Shown here: positions 27,370-35,442 of the stretch, in pieces | Numbering within the stretch: position 1 is the first letter of the stretch | Layout: every line of letters begins with the position of its first letter | Assembly: GCA_020847415.1 (NCBI GenBank) | Contig: JADLBZ010000200.1 | Location: 1 to 46,396, forward strand | Reading direction: 5' to 3' | DNA from: Planctomycetota bacterium | GTDB taxonomy: Bacteria; Planctomycetota; UBA8742; UBA2392 | DNA length: 46,396 nt | Position numbers and translations under genes: made by a program | Notes under the pieces: generated by a model | What the model saw: the letters and a program-made list of their open reading frames with translations, nothing else | Told to the model about the DNA's origin: nothing | Databases searched by the model: none

Positions 27370-28395
27370 CTATCCGCCGGCGTTAGCGGAAGGCTCCGCC
27401 AGCAACCGATCCACGGCAATGCGCAGCAGGTGCTCCTTGGCGCCGCCCACGGCCACGAAGGCCACGCGGCCCTGCTTGTCCAGCACGAACACGCTGGGAA
27501 TGCCGGTCACGCCGTAGGCCTTGAAGTCTTCCTTCGTGCCCACTGCAAAGGGATAGCGCACGCCTGTGTTCTTGCGGAAGTCAGCCAGGTGCTGCAGGTA
27601 GGCAGCCTCGTCCATGTCACGGCTGGCAGTGCCGCCGCGCTTGCCCTCTTTCAGTTCCTGCATGTTCACGGGCAGATAGCCGTTCTTGTAGACCTGGGTA
27701 AGTCCGATTACCGCCAGCCCCTTTTCCGCACGCTCCGCGTGCAGCGCGTCCAGGCCGGGCATGGACGCAAGGCAGGGCCCTCACCACGTGGCCCAGCAAT
27801 CCAGCAGCACCACCTTGCCCTTGAAGGCGGACAGCTTGGCGGGCTCGGCCCCCAGCCAGGTCTTGGCGTCCACCTCAGGCGCGGGCTTGCCCACCAGGGC
27901 GGCGCGCATCTGGATGTAGCCGCGGGCACGGCCGCGGGCATCCTTCTTGGGGTCGGCATCCTCGGGGATGGCCTTCAGGGCCTCGGCGTAGCTGGCCTGG
28001 GCGGCGTCGTAGTTGCCGCGCAGGGCCTGCACGTCGCCAATGCCCATGCGCACGGTGGGCTTGTGTTCTTCAGGCACCTCGGCGAACAACTCGCCCAGGC
28101 GCTTCTCGGCGTGCTCCAGTTCGCCCGTGGAGGGCAGGGCAATGGGCAGCCAGGTGTGCCGCACGTAATCAGCCATGCCGCACTTGGGCAGCTTCTTCAG
28201 GAGCAGCTCCCAGCGCTCGACGGCGCGCTTGGGGTTGGTCTCCAGGGCGTCGCGGGCCGATTCATAGAGCCCCACTTCCAGCAGCTCGGCCTCGTCGGGA
28301 AGCTTGAAGGCCTCAACCTCCGCGGCGTCGAACAGCTTGCAGAAGGTGTCCGTGGCGGCGTTTTCCTTCTCACTCCACTCGCGCGAGACCTTCAT
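27370..28395 (-). CDS. TlpA/ResA-like thioredoxin-fold protein with an N-terminal helical (TPR-like) domain; in-frame TGA at the first CxxC position (selenocysteine candidate)
   Basis: Track ORFs 27781..28395 and 27370..27762 share one frame. Read-through gives VVLLDCWATW-TGA-GPCLASMPGLDAL...YGVTGIPSVFVLDKQGRV, i.e. the WCGPC motif with TGA (27783-27781) in place of the first Cys. Confidence 0.7.
27746..27768 (-). promoter_or_regulatory. Candidate bacterial SECIS hairpin
   Basis: The mRNA can form GCGUCCA-UGCCCGGCC-UGGACGC (7-bp stem, 9-nt G-containing loop), starting 12 nt after the UGA. Confidence 0.45.
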
Positions 28396-28434
28396 GGCTT
28401 CGTCCTGCGCGGCTTTCTTGGCGGCCTCGTCCGT

Positions 28435-28617
28435 CTACCCCCGGGACTTCTCAAAGTCAGCGCTGCGGGCTTCCTGGCCCTTGGCGCGCACCGCCAGCAG
28501 CTCGGCGTAGGCAGCGCGGGCAGTGTCGGCCGGGTCCTCGGGCGGGTCATCGGCCCTGGCGGGCAGAGCAAGCAGAAGCAGCATCAGGCAGGGAAACAGA
28601 CGCAAAAGGGGTTTCAT
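28435..28617 (-). CDS. Signal-peptide-bearing 60-aa leader ORF, in frame with the TlpA-like ORF but closed by TAG
   Basis: The ATG at 28617 lies 4 nt after GGAGG. Encodes MKPLLRLFPCLMLLLLALPARADD.... TAG lies at 28437-28435. The 13 codons between the TAG and the ATG at 28395 are open and coding-like (TDEAAKKAAQDEA). Confidence 0.4.
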   Translation of the reverse strand: MKPLLRLFPCLMLLLLALPARADDPPEDPADTARAAYAELLAVRAKGQEARSADFEKSRG

Positions 28618-28668
28618 GCGACCTCCAGGGGTGGCTGTACCACCTTGATGCTGCCGCGGGCAGCCACT

Positions 28669-28683
28669 TTGCACAATATGCAA
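28669..28683. promoter_or_regulatory. Palindrome TTGCA-N5-TGCAA upstream of the TlpA-like gene
   Basis: TTGCACAATATGCAA lies in the 86-nt gap between 28704 and 28617. Confidence 0.2.
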
Positions 28684-28703
28684 CGGTTTGAGCCGGCTGC
28701 TGC

Positions 28704-29063
28704 TTACTTCGTGGCGCCGGCCCGGAACCATGCCGCCAGGGCTTTCAGGCGGCAGAGGGCGGGGTCGGCCAGAACTGCGGACTCGGCAAACGCCGCGACT
28801 TCACGCCCGGCGCGGTCCACGAAACGCGTGCCGTGCTGTACTACGCCGGCCTGGGCCAGCATCTCGTCCACCTGCGCGTGGGTGGGCAGGTGGGTGTTCA
28901 GGCGCCGGATGCGCGGGGCATCCACAGGCCGGGTGGTCAGCATGCCCACGCTGTGGTCGTCGCGGTCCAGCAGCCAGTCGCCGGGGCCGGGCTGCCAGCA
29001 ATAGCCGGCATGCTCAAGCTCCAGCGCCGCCTGCACGTACTCCTCGGTGATGCGGAAGCTCAC
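28704..29063 (-). CDS. Hypothetical protein (119 aa)
   Basis: GTG start. Non-repetitive, coding-like composition. No family recognised. Confidence 0.45.
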   Translation of the reverse strand: MSFRITEEYVQAALELEHAGYCWQPGPGDWLLDRDDHSVGMLTTRPVDAPRIRRLNTHLPTHAQVDEMLAQAGVVQHGTRFVDRAGREVAAFAESAVLADPALCRLKALAAWFRAGATK

Positions 29064-29088
29064 GCGACCCCCAACCCCAGGCCCCGTG

Positions 29089-30897
29089 CTAGCCGGTTGG
29101 CAACGGCTCGCTCCAGGGGCCGTCGAGTTTGCCTTTGCACAAGCCGCGCACCACTAGAAGCGCCTTCAGGTCCTTGGTGTTTTTCAGGACCAGGCGGCAA
29201 CCTTTGCCGCGCTCAAGTTTGCCCAGCACCTTCAAGCCCTTGGGCTTGCCGTCTTCCACGGACTCGCAGGTGGCGACCTCAAAGCCCTCGAACTCGGCCC
29301 AGTCGTCGTAGGTGAACTTCTCGCCCTCCCACAGGTGTTCGTCCCAGCTCACGGCGCCGTCCTGCAGCGCCAGGTCGCGCGGGGCCGGCACCAGCCAGCG
29401 GGCGGTCGGGTCCGCGCCAAAGGGGCGGTCCGGCCGGGTGGCCAGGAACTCGCGCAGGGCCGGCTCAAAGGGCGTGTCGCGGATGCGCATGGTGCCCGCT
29501 GCCATGCCGTGCTCGCTCTGGCCGGTGTTGTTGCCCAGCCAGGTCACGGCCCGCACATAGCGCGCCCCATGATCCCAGAAGAGCTGCAGCGCCAGGGCAT
29601 ACTCGGCCTGGCTGAGCTTGTTCAAATCGTAGGGGCTGGGGTGAAACTCGAAGCTGCCCCAGTCGCAGCCGGCCTCTTTGGCCTGGGCAGCAACGGCGGC
29701 CCAGATCTTGGCCTCGCGGGGCACGCCATAGAGGTTGAAACCCATGTTGTTGTGGGGCGTCACGTTCATCCAGGGCGCCAGCGAGGCGCGGGCGTGCTCG
29801 ACCCCGCTGCTGCGCAGGGCGCAACCGTGCTGGCGGGTCCAGATGTCGGACTTGGGCACGCCGCACTCCTCCACGGCAACGCGCAGCAGCTCGCGCAGGG
29901 CGTCGGCAATGCGCCACTGGCGATAGCCCGGCGAGTCCTCAAGGTTGCACTGGTACAGCGCCCACAGCGGCTGGCCGGGCGCGCGGGGCGAGTCAAAGCC
30001 GCCCTCCACAAAGCCGCGCTCGCCCTTGACGGGCATGCCCTTGGCGCCGCGCTCCAGGGGCTCGGCGAAGCGGTCCAGGTCCCAGTACTTCAGCTCCCAA
30101 GTGGTGAAGTCCGTGCCGTAGGCCTGGTTGAAGCTGCGGTTACCGCCCTTGGCGGCGGCCGGCGAAGGGTCGTCGGCAAAATCCTCCCCGCCCTTGCGGC
30201 CTTTGCCTGCCAGCGGCTGGCCCTTGGCAAAGAAGCCCCGGTGAGTCAGCCAGTCACGGAACTCCGCCACCGCAAAGGGCGAGTAATCGGCGTACCAGGC
30301 ATCGCCGCCAAAGAAGACGTACTCGAACTCGTTGGGCCCGGCAAACAGCGTGAAGCGCTCGGCCTCGCGGCGGCGCACGTCGTCGGTCGCCGCGCTGCGC
30401 AGGTAGGTGAACATGCCCTCCCATGTTTCGCGCGAGTAGTAGCTGGGCGTGAGGTCGGCGTCGGCGGGGTTGCCCTTCTCCTTGGCGGTCTTCTCGTCCA
30501 CCAGCTCGTTGCGCTGGTTCCACTGGCGGGCGCGGCGGTCGGCGGTCTTGTAGGCCGGGTTCAGGCTGTCCAGGGGGCTGTTCCAGACGTAGCTCTCGTA
30601 GAGACCGTGTTGCGCGCGGAACTCCGTGGAAAGGGGCACGCCGTCGTAGTTCAGGCGCACGTAGATGCCGCCCTTGCCCAGCCGCCGCACGATGTCGTGG
30701 TATTCGTCTTCCCAGGACTTGAAGCCGGGGTCCAGGTTCTTGGTGCGCTGGATGGTCAGCCAGAAGCACTTGTCCCAGGCGGGCCGGGGCAGCACTTGCG
30801 GTTCATTCTTGCCCGCCGCGCGCTTGGGCGCGCCCTGGGTGGGAACAGCCGCAACCAGCAGGGCGGCTGCGGCGGCAAGCATGGTCAGCGTGCGCAT
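29089..30897 (-). CDS. Exported protein (602 aa), possibly glycoside-hydrolase-like
   Basis: The internal ATG at 30897 gives the signal peptide MRTLTMLAAAAALLVAAVPTQGA. Trp/Tyr/Asp-rich globular body. The hydrolase idea is a by-eye impression only. Confidence 0.7.
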   Translation of the reverse strand: MRTLTMLAAAAALLVAAVPTQGAPKRAAGKNEPQVLPRPAWDKCFWLTIQRTKNLDPGFKSWEDEYHDIVRRLGKGGIYVRLNYDGVPLSTEFRAQHGLYESYVWNSPLDSLNPAYKTADRRARQWNQRNELVDEKTAKEKGNPADADLTPSYYSRETWEGMFTYLRSAATDDVRRREAERFTLFAGPNEFEYVFFGGDAWYADYSPFAVAEFRDWLTHRGFFAKGQPLAGKGRKGGEDFADDPSPAAAKGGNRSFNQAYGTDFTTWELKYWDLDRFAEPLERGAKGMPVKGERGFVEGGFDSPRAPGQPLWALYQCNLEDSPGYRQWRIADALRELLRVAVEECGVPKSDIWTRQHGCALRSSGVEHARASLAPWMNVTPHNNMGFNLYGVPREAKIWAAVAAQAKEAGCDWGSFEFHPSPYDLNKLSQAEYALALQLFWDHGARYVRAVTWLGNNTGQSEHGMAAGTMRIRDTPFEPALREFLATRPDRPFGADPTARWLVPAPRDLALQDGAVSWDEHLWEGEKFTYDDWAEFEGFEVATCESVEDGKPKGLKVLGKLERGKGCRLVLKNTKDLKALLVVRGLCKGKLDGPWSEPLPTG

Positions 30898-31028
30898 GGG
30901 GTTGGTCCTGTGCAGGTGCAGTTTACCCCCGCGGCGCCGCAACATACGCCGCGGGGGTAGAACTGCGTTCCAGAAGCGGAAGGCCGGGTCCGTTCCCGGT
31001 CAGATCCGGCCTGCCGCCATGGAGTTCC

Positions 31029-33821
31029 CTACTTGGCCGATTCGCGCTCTTTCAGCGCCTTCAGGGCGTCTTCAGAAACGCCGGCCGTCTTCAGGCCTTC
31101 GTCGGTAGCCTCGCCGTTCACTTTCGGGTTGCTGAGTTCCAGCGTCACCTTCACCTCCGCGCTCGTACCGGCAAACGAGATGCTCAGGGTCGCCTGCAGT
31201 TTGCTGACCAGGCTGAAGCCCTGGTGGCTGGTGCGGCCCAGTACGGAGACGGGCGTTTCGGCGAGGTCGCGGCGGGTCTGGACCGCCTGCCCGGGCACGG
31301 AGATGGTGGTCGTGACCTCGCGGCCCAGCGTCACCTCTTCCAGCTCGAGGCCGACCGGGTCGCCTTCGTGCTCAAGAAAACAGGGCCGGTTGATCCGGTA
31401 GGCATCCTCGCCGGCCTGGCCGACCCGGAACTCCGTGAGCTCGCGGCTGTCGCCCGACACGCGGTAGTACTCGGGCACAGAGTCCGTGCCGCGCAGGACC
31501 TTCACGTCCCAGGCCTCGGTTCTGGAGCCGGTGTCCACGGGGGTGAAGCTGAAGGTCGCTCCCGCGAAGCGCGACTCGAACGACGCCATCCCGGGCAACC
31601 AGGGCAGAAGCTCGGCTGCCCGCTGCGTCAGGGCGGCCTGAAGCCCCCGAAGCGACTTGCCTTGGGCATCCTCGGCACTCCGGAACGAGGTCTGACCGCC
31701 GCTGTACCAGACCAGCGAGCCTTCCACGGGCTGCACCGCCAAGGGGAGTTGCCCGGCTTCCACCGTCAGCTTGGCGTCCGCCAGCAGGCGGGTCAGGCCG
31801 TTTGACTCGGCTGAGTACAGCCTGGCCCACGCGGACTGGAGCAACTCGCGGGCCTGCGCCGCGTTCTTCTCGGCCTCAGCCTGTTTGGCATCGGCCTTGG
31901 GGGCCTCGGCCTCCTGTGCGTCAATGGCCGCAGTTGCGGGAAGCACACACAGGCAGGCGGCTGCAAGAACTGCCTTGCGCCGGCGCAGCAGCAGAAGTGC
32001 TGCGAGCAGGGCCAGTGCCGCCAGGGCAGAGCCGCCGCTGCCGGTGCTGCACCCGCCGCCGCCGCCCGAGCCGCCGCCCCCGAACTGGCCGGGGGCCGCC
32101 TGCTCGGCCAGGCGGAACACGAAGGTCGCCTGGCCGCCGTTGCCGTCCTGGGCCACCAGCGTCACGGTGTGCGTGGTCAGCGGGGCATTGAACAGACCGC
32201 TGGTGGGCTGCAGCACATACGGCACCGCGGCCGAGCCGCTGCTGAATTCGCCATTGTCGAGGCCCGTGGTGCCCACATTGGTGATGGTCGCGGCCACCGA
32301 GCAGGCGTCGCCGTCGGGGTCATCCACGGTGATGGCCAGCGCCAGTGCCGCCAGCGTCGAGCCCGGCGCCACGGCAATCTCGCTGCCGTTCACCACGTTG
32401 CTGCCGCCCGCGGTCAGGGCCAGCGTGGGCGAGTTGTTGGTGGGCGCCAGCCCCACCACAATGCTGAAGCCGAACGTGGTCACGCCGCCGCGGTAGTCGT
32501 CCGCCGTCAGCGTTACCTGGTGGGTGGTGCCGCCCTGGTTGAACGTGCCGCTGGCCGGGAAGAGGCTGTAGGGCGTGGCCCCGTGGCTGTGGGAGAATTC
32601 GGCCGTGGCCAGCCCCTGGGTCGTGACGTTGCTGATGGCGGCGGAAAGCTCCACGGAATCCGTGTCCGCGTCGCTGATGTCCAGCCGCAGGTTCAGGGCA
32701 GCCAGCGTGCTGCCGAAGGCGACGTTCAGGGTGCCGCCGTCAGTGACGGCGCCGCCGGCCGCCTGCACCTGTACTTCGGGGGCGTTGTTGCCCTGTGCCG
32801 GCAGCACAGTCAGGTAGAAGGCGAACTGCGCGGTGCCGCCTTTGCCGTCGTTGGCCTGGAACTGGAAGGTGTGCGTAACTCCGGCGCGGTTGAACTGCCC
32901 GCTGGTGGGTTGCAGCACATAGGGCGTGGCGGCGCTGGCGCTGGAGAACTCGCTGTTCAGGATGCCCTGGGTGGTTACGTTGCTGACGTTGCCGACCAGG
33001 CTGCACGGGTCGCCGTCGGCGTCGGCCACCGTGATGCGCGGGTAGAAGGCGGTCATCAGGCCGCCGTAGCTGCAGTTGATCTGCTGGCCGTTGCTGATGG
33101 GCATGTACAGGGTCAGCACCGTGACCGCGATGGTGGGCGCGTTGTTGGCGGTGGTCACCGGCGTGAAGCGCACGAAGCGCAGCCACGGCCACTGCGAGAC
33201 TGAGCCGTCGGGCTTGATGGAGCCGGGGTCCGCGCCGGGAAACACGGTCTGGCCGCCGCCGGTACCGGTGGGGCCCGAGATGGCGCAGGTGTTGGCGGCC
33301 GGCGAGTTGGGGCCCGCCGTGGCGGTGCCCGGCGCCGAGTACTGGAACTCGATGGCGCCGGTAGCGGTGTCCAGCAGGGCCGTCATGGTGAGCCGGGGCG
33401 GATTGACCGAGCCCGAGCCGGGGCTCAGCACGGTGATGTCGTCCCACTCCACAGCCAGCACGGGCGCCGTGTACTTCCAGCGGATGGCACCGCCCAGGTT
33501 CGGCTTCAGGTCTGCCCAGAAGGGGGCAACCACCAGGCCGGGTGCGGTGCTGTGCGCGGGCGTGCTGGAGGTAGTGGTGCCCTGCGTGCCCAGCACCAGG
33601 TAGCCGTTGGAGCCCACCTTGAATCCGGTGTAGGCCGTGCCGAAGTACGCAAACGAGAACCCGGGCGGGCTCTGGACTGCCGACAGTTCGTTGTCGCCCA
33701 GGGCCAGGGTGGTGGCGCCGGTCAGGGCCGTGTAGTTGGAAAGCGAGCCGCTGCTGACGGAGTATGTCTGCGCCGCCAGCGCGCCCGAGCCAAGCAGAAT
33801 CAACAGGCAAAGCCGAATCAT
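31029..33821 (-). CDS. Giant surface protein: signal peptide, NIDO-like domain, three cadherin-like (NNAP...DxDGD) repeats, internal Gly-Cys/TM/RRRK tag, 315-aa C-terminal domain
   Basis: The ATG at 33821 follows GGAGGAG. NIDO-like FSFAYFG...SNGYLVLG...VVAPFWADL. Repeats of about 115 aa begin NNAPTIAV, NNAPEVQV and NNSPTLAL. The tag is GGGGGCSTGSGGSALAALALLAALLLLRRRK. Confidence 0.85.
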   Translation of the reverse strand: MIRLCLLILLGSGALAAQTYSVSSGSLSNYTALTGATTLALGDNELSAVQSPPGFSFAYFGTAYTGFKVGSNGYLVLGTQGTTTSSTPAHSTAPGLVVAPFWADLKPNLGGAIRWKYTAPVLAVEWDDITVLSPGSGSVNPPRLTMTALLDTATGAIEFQYSAPGTATAGPNSPAANTCAISGPTGTGGGQTVFPGADPGSIKPDGSVSQWPWLRFVRFTPVTTANNAPTIAVTVLTLYMPISNGQQINCSYGGLMTAFYPRITVADADGDPCSLVGNVSNVTTQGILNSEFSSASAATPYVLQPTSGQFNRAGVTHTFQFQANDGKGGTAQFAFYLTVLPAQGNNAPEVQVQAAGGAVTDGGTLNVAFGSTLAALNLRLDISDADTDSVELSAAISNVTTQGLATAEFSHSHGATPYSLFPASGTFNQGGTTHQVTLTADDYRGGVTTFGFSIVVGLAPTNNSPTLALTAGGSNVVNGSEIAVAPGSTLAALALAITVDDPDGDACSVAATITNVGTTGLDNGEFSSGSAAVPYVLQPTSGLFNAPLTTHTVTLVAQDGNGGQATFVFRLAEQAAPGQFGGGGSGGGGGCSTGSGGSALAALALLAALLLLRRRKAVLAAACLCVLPATAAIDAQEAEAPKADAKQAEAEKNAAQARELLQSAWARLYSAESNGLTRLLADAKLTVEAGQLPLAVQPVEGSLVWYSGGQTSFRSAEDAQGKSLRGLQAALTQRAAELLPWLPGMASFESRFAGATFSFTPVDTGSRTEAWDVKVLRGTDSVPEYYRVSGDSRELTEFRVGQAGEDAYRINRPCFLEHEGDPVGLELEEVTLGREVTTTISVPGQAVQTRRDLAETPVSVLGRTSHQGFSLVSKLQATLSISFAGTSAEVKVTLELSNPKVNGEATDEGLKTAGVSEDALKALKERESAK

Positions 33822-33888
33822 GGTTTCTCCTCCGGTTCGTATGTTCAAACCGGCCCCCAAGCCGTGTCCGCGCAGTCACACTAACGTA

Positions 33889-33933
33889 AATGGAATGCCT
33901 AGGGTCGAATCGGCTGCTAGGATCTATTCCATT
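33889..33933. promoter_or_regulatory. Nested inverted repeat in the divergent promoter region (operator candidate)
   Basis: AATGGAAT (33889-33896) pairs with ATTCCATT (33926-33933). These enclose CCTAG (33898-33902) and CTAGG (33917-21). The patch is AT-rich relative to its surroundings. Confidence 0.4.
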
Positions 33934-33954
33934 CCCGGAACCGGAGGTCCTGCC

Positions 33955-35442
33955 ATGCCGGAAACGAATAGCACAGGCACGTTGCGCGAGCGCCTGCGCA
34001 CCCTGGCGGCCGCCCACTCGCAGGCCGAGCTTGCCCGCCGCACGGGCTTTCCCCCCGCCAACGTCCACCGCTTCCTGCGCGGCGGCAAGGTGCCCGCCGA
34101 GTTCTGCGAGTCGCTGGTGCGCGAGATGGGCGTGAACCCGGCCTGGCTGCTGGCCGGCGAGGGCACGGCGTACCTGGCCGACGTCACGGCAGAGACCGCC
34201 CGCATGGGCTCCAACCTGCTGGAGCTGGTCGAGGCCATGAGTGCCGTCTCGCGCATGCGCCTGGGATCGTTGACCGGCAAGCACCACCTGCGGGTGCTGC
34301 GCGAGCTCAGTGACGCCGTGTCGGAGCACGAGCGCCTGCGCCAGAAGTTGAACACCCAGAGCCTGCCCGTCTTTGCCAAGCTGCTGGAGGACCTGGAAGC
34401 CGCCCTGGACCGCATGAACCTGGAGCGCGCCGAGGACCTGCTGAAGGCCACCGAGCAGGTGGCGCGGCTGTGTGACGACGACGCCCTGGCTTTGCGGCTG
34501 GACGCCGCCCGCGCCCAGTACGCCTTCCTCACCGGCGACTCAGAGCACAGCGCAACCTGGCGGCGCAAGGTGTTTGTGCGCCAGATGGCAGGCGGCCTCG
34601 AGTTCAATGAGACGCGCCTTTTGCACGCCCAGTATCTGGTCATGGCGGTGCTGGCCACGGGCCGCATCGCCGAGGCCCTGCGCATCTGCCTGGCTGCGCT
34701 GGACCTCAGCGAGGGCAGGCGCACTCGCGCCTGGTGCGTGCTGCAGGCCACCGCGGGCGGCCTGGAAATGGACCTGGGTGACATGGCGGGCGGCATGGCT
34801 CGCATCCACCGCGCCCTTCCCGAGGCGCTGCCAGTGCTGCAGCAGCCTTACTCCAGCTACCAGGCCAAGTTCCTGCTCTTTGGCGGCCTTGGCGACATCG
34901 CCGCCTGCCTGGCCCTGAAGCCGTCCTCGATGCACCGCAGCACCGTGATCCTGCGTTTCGCCGCCTGGCTCGAAGATGCCGACGCCCTGCGCGTTGCAGC
35001 CAGGCAGTGCATCAGCCCCGACCATGCCGCGCGCCAGACGCACCTGCTGCCGGACAGCCCACCGGCGCTGCACGCCGCGGCCCTTTTGGACGTGCTGGCG
35101 GACAAGTCCCACCTGAAGCAGGCCGAGAAGCGCCTGGAAGCCGTGCAGGTGCGCGACGGGCGCCAGCGCTTCTTCAAGGCCGCTGTGCGCACCCAGTTGC
35201 GCCGGCTGGCAGGCGGGCGCAGCGCGCTGGAGGCCCTGAAGGAAGCCGATGCCGAGCTGCTGGCCCTGCCGCCGGGGGTAACGGTGTTGCCCGACTTCGC
35301 GGCTGTTCACTACCGCAACCTGCGAGAGCTGGGCGAGCGTGACCCATTGCTGCAGCCGCGCCTTGCGGCGGCCCGGGAGTTCTTCCGCAGCCACTACGCG
35401 CGCGGCTTTGCCTGCTTCAAGAGCTGGGCAGAAAAGGCGTAA
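33955..35442 (+). CDS. XRE/Cro-type HTH regulator with a large helical C-terminal domain (495 aa), paralog of 42263..43750
   Basis: The ATG at 33955 lies 8 nt after GGAGG. HTH QAELARRTGFPPANVHRFLRGGKVPAEFCESLVREMGVNPAWLLAGEG. Confidence 0.8.
   Translation: MPETNSTGTLRERLRTLAAAHSQAELARRTGFPPANVHRFLRGGKVPAEFCESLVREMGVNPAWLLAGEGTAYLADVTAETARMGSNLLELVEAMSAVSRMRLGSLTGKHHLRVLRELSDAVSEHERLRQKLNTQSLPVFAKLLEDLEAALDRMNLERAEDLLKATEQVARLCDDDALALRLDAARAQYAFLTGDSEHSATWRRKVFVRQMAGGLEFNETRLLHAQYLVMAVLATGRIAEALRICLAALDLSEGRRTRAWCVLQATAGGLEMDLGDMAGGMARIHRALPEALPVLQQPYSSYQAKFLLFGGLGDIAACLALKPSSMHRSTVILRFAAWLEDADALRVAARQCISPDHAARQTHLLPDSPPALHAAALLDVLADKSHLKQAEKRLEAVQVRDGRQRFFKAAVRTQLRRLAGGRSALEALKEADAELLALPPGVTVLPDFAAVHYRNLRELGERDPLLQPRLAAAREFFRSHYARGFACFKSWAEKA

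Noticed and set aside
27781-28437. Alternative genetic code (TGA or TAG reassigned genome-wide).
   Set aside because: Other well-supported genes in the window terminate at TGA (10147..12015, hemY) and at TAG (868..2676, 2816..4495, 4912..7137) with sensible lengths. No other in-frame stops were seen.
33898-33925. GGTCGAATC resembles a tRNA T-arm.
   Set aside because: No acceptor stem, anticodon arm or cloverleaf can be drawn around it. It is the spacer of an inverted repeat in a promoter region.
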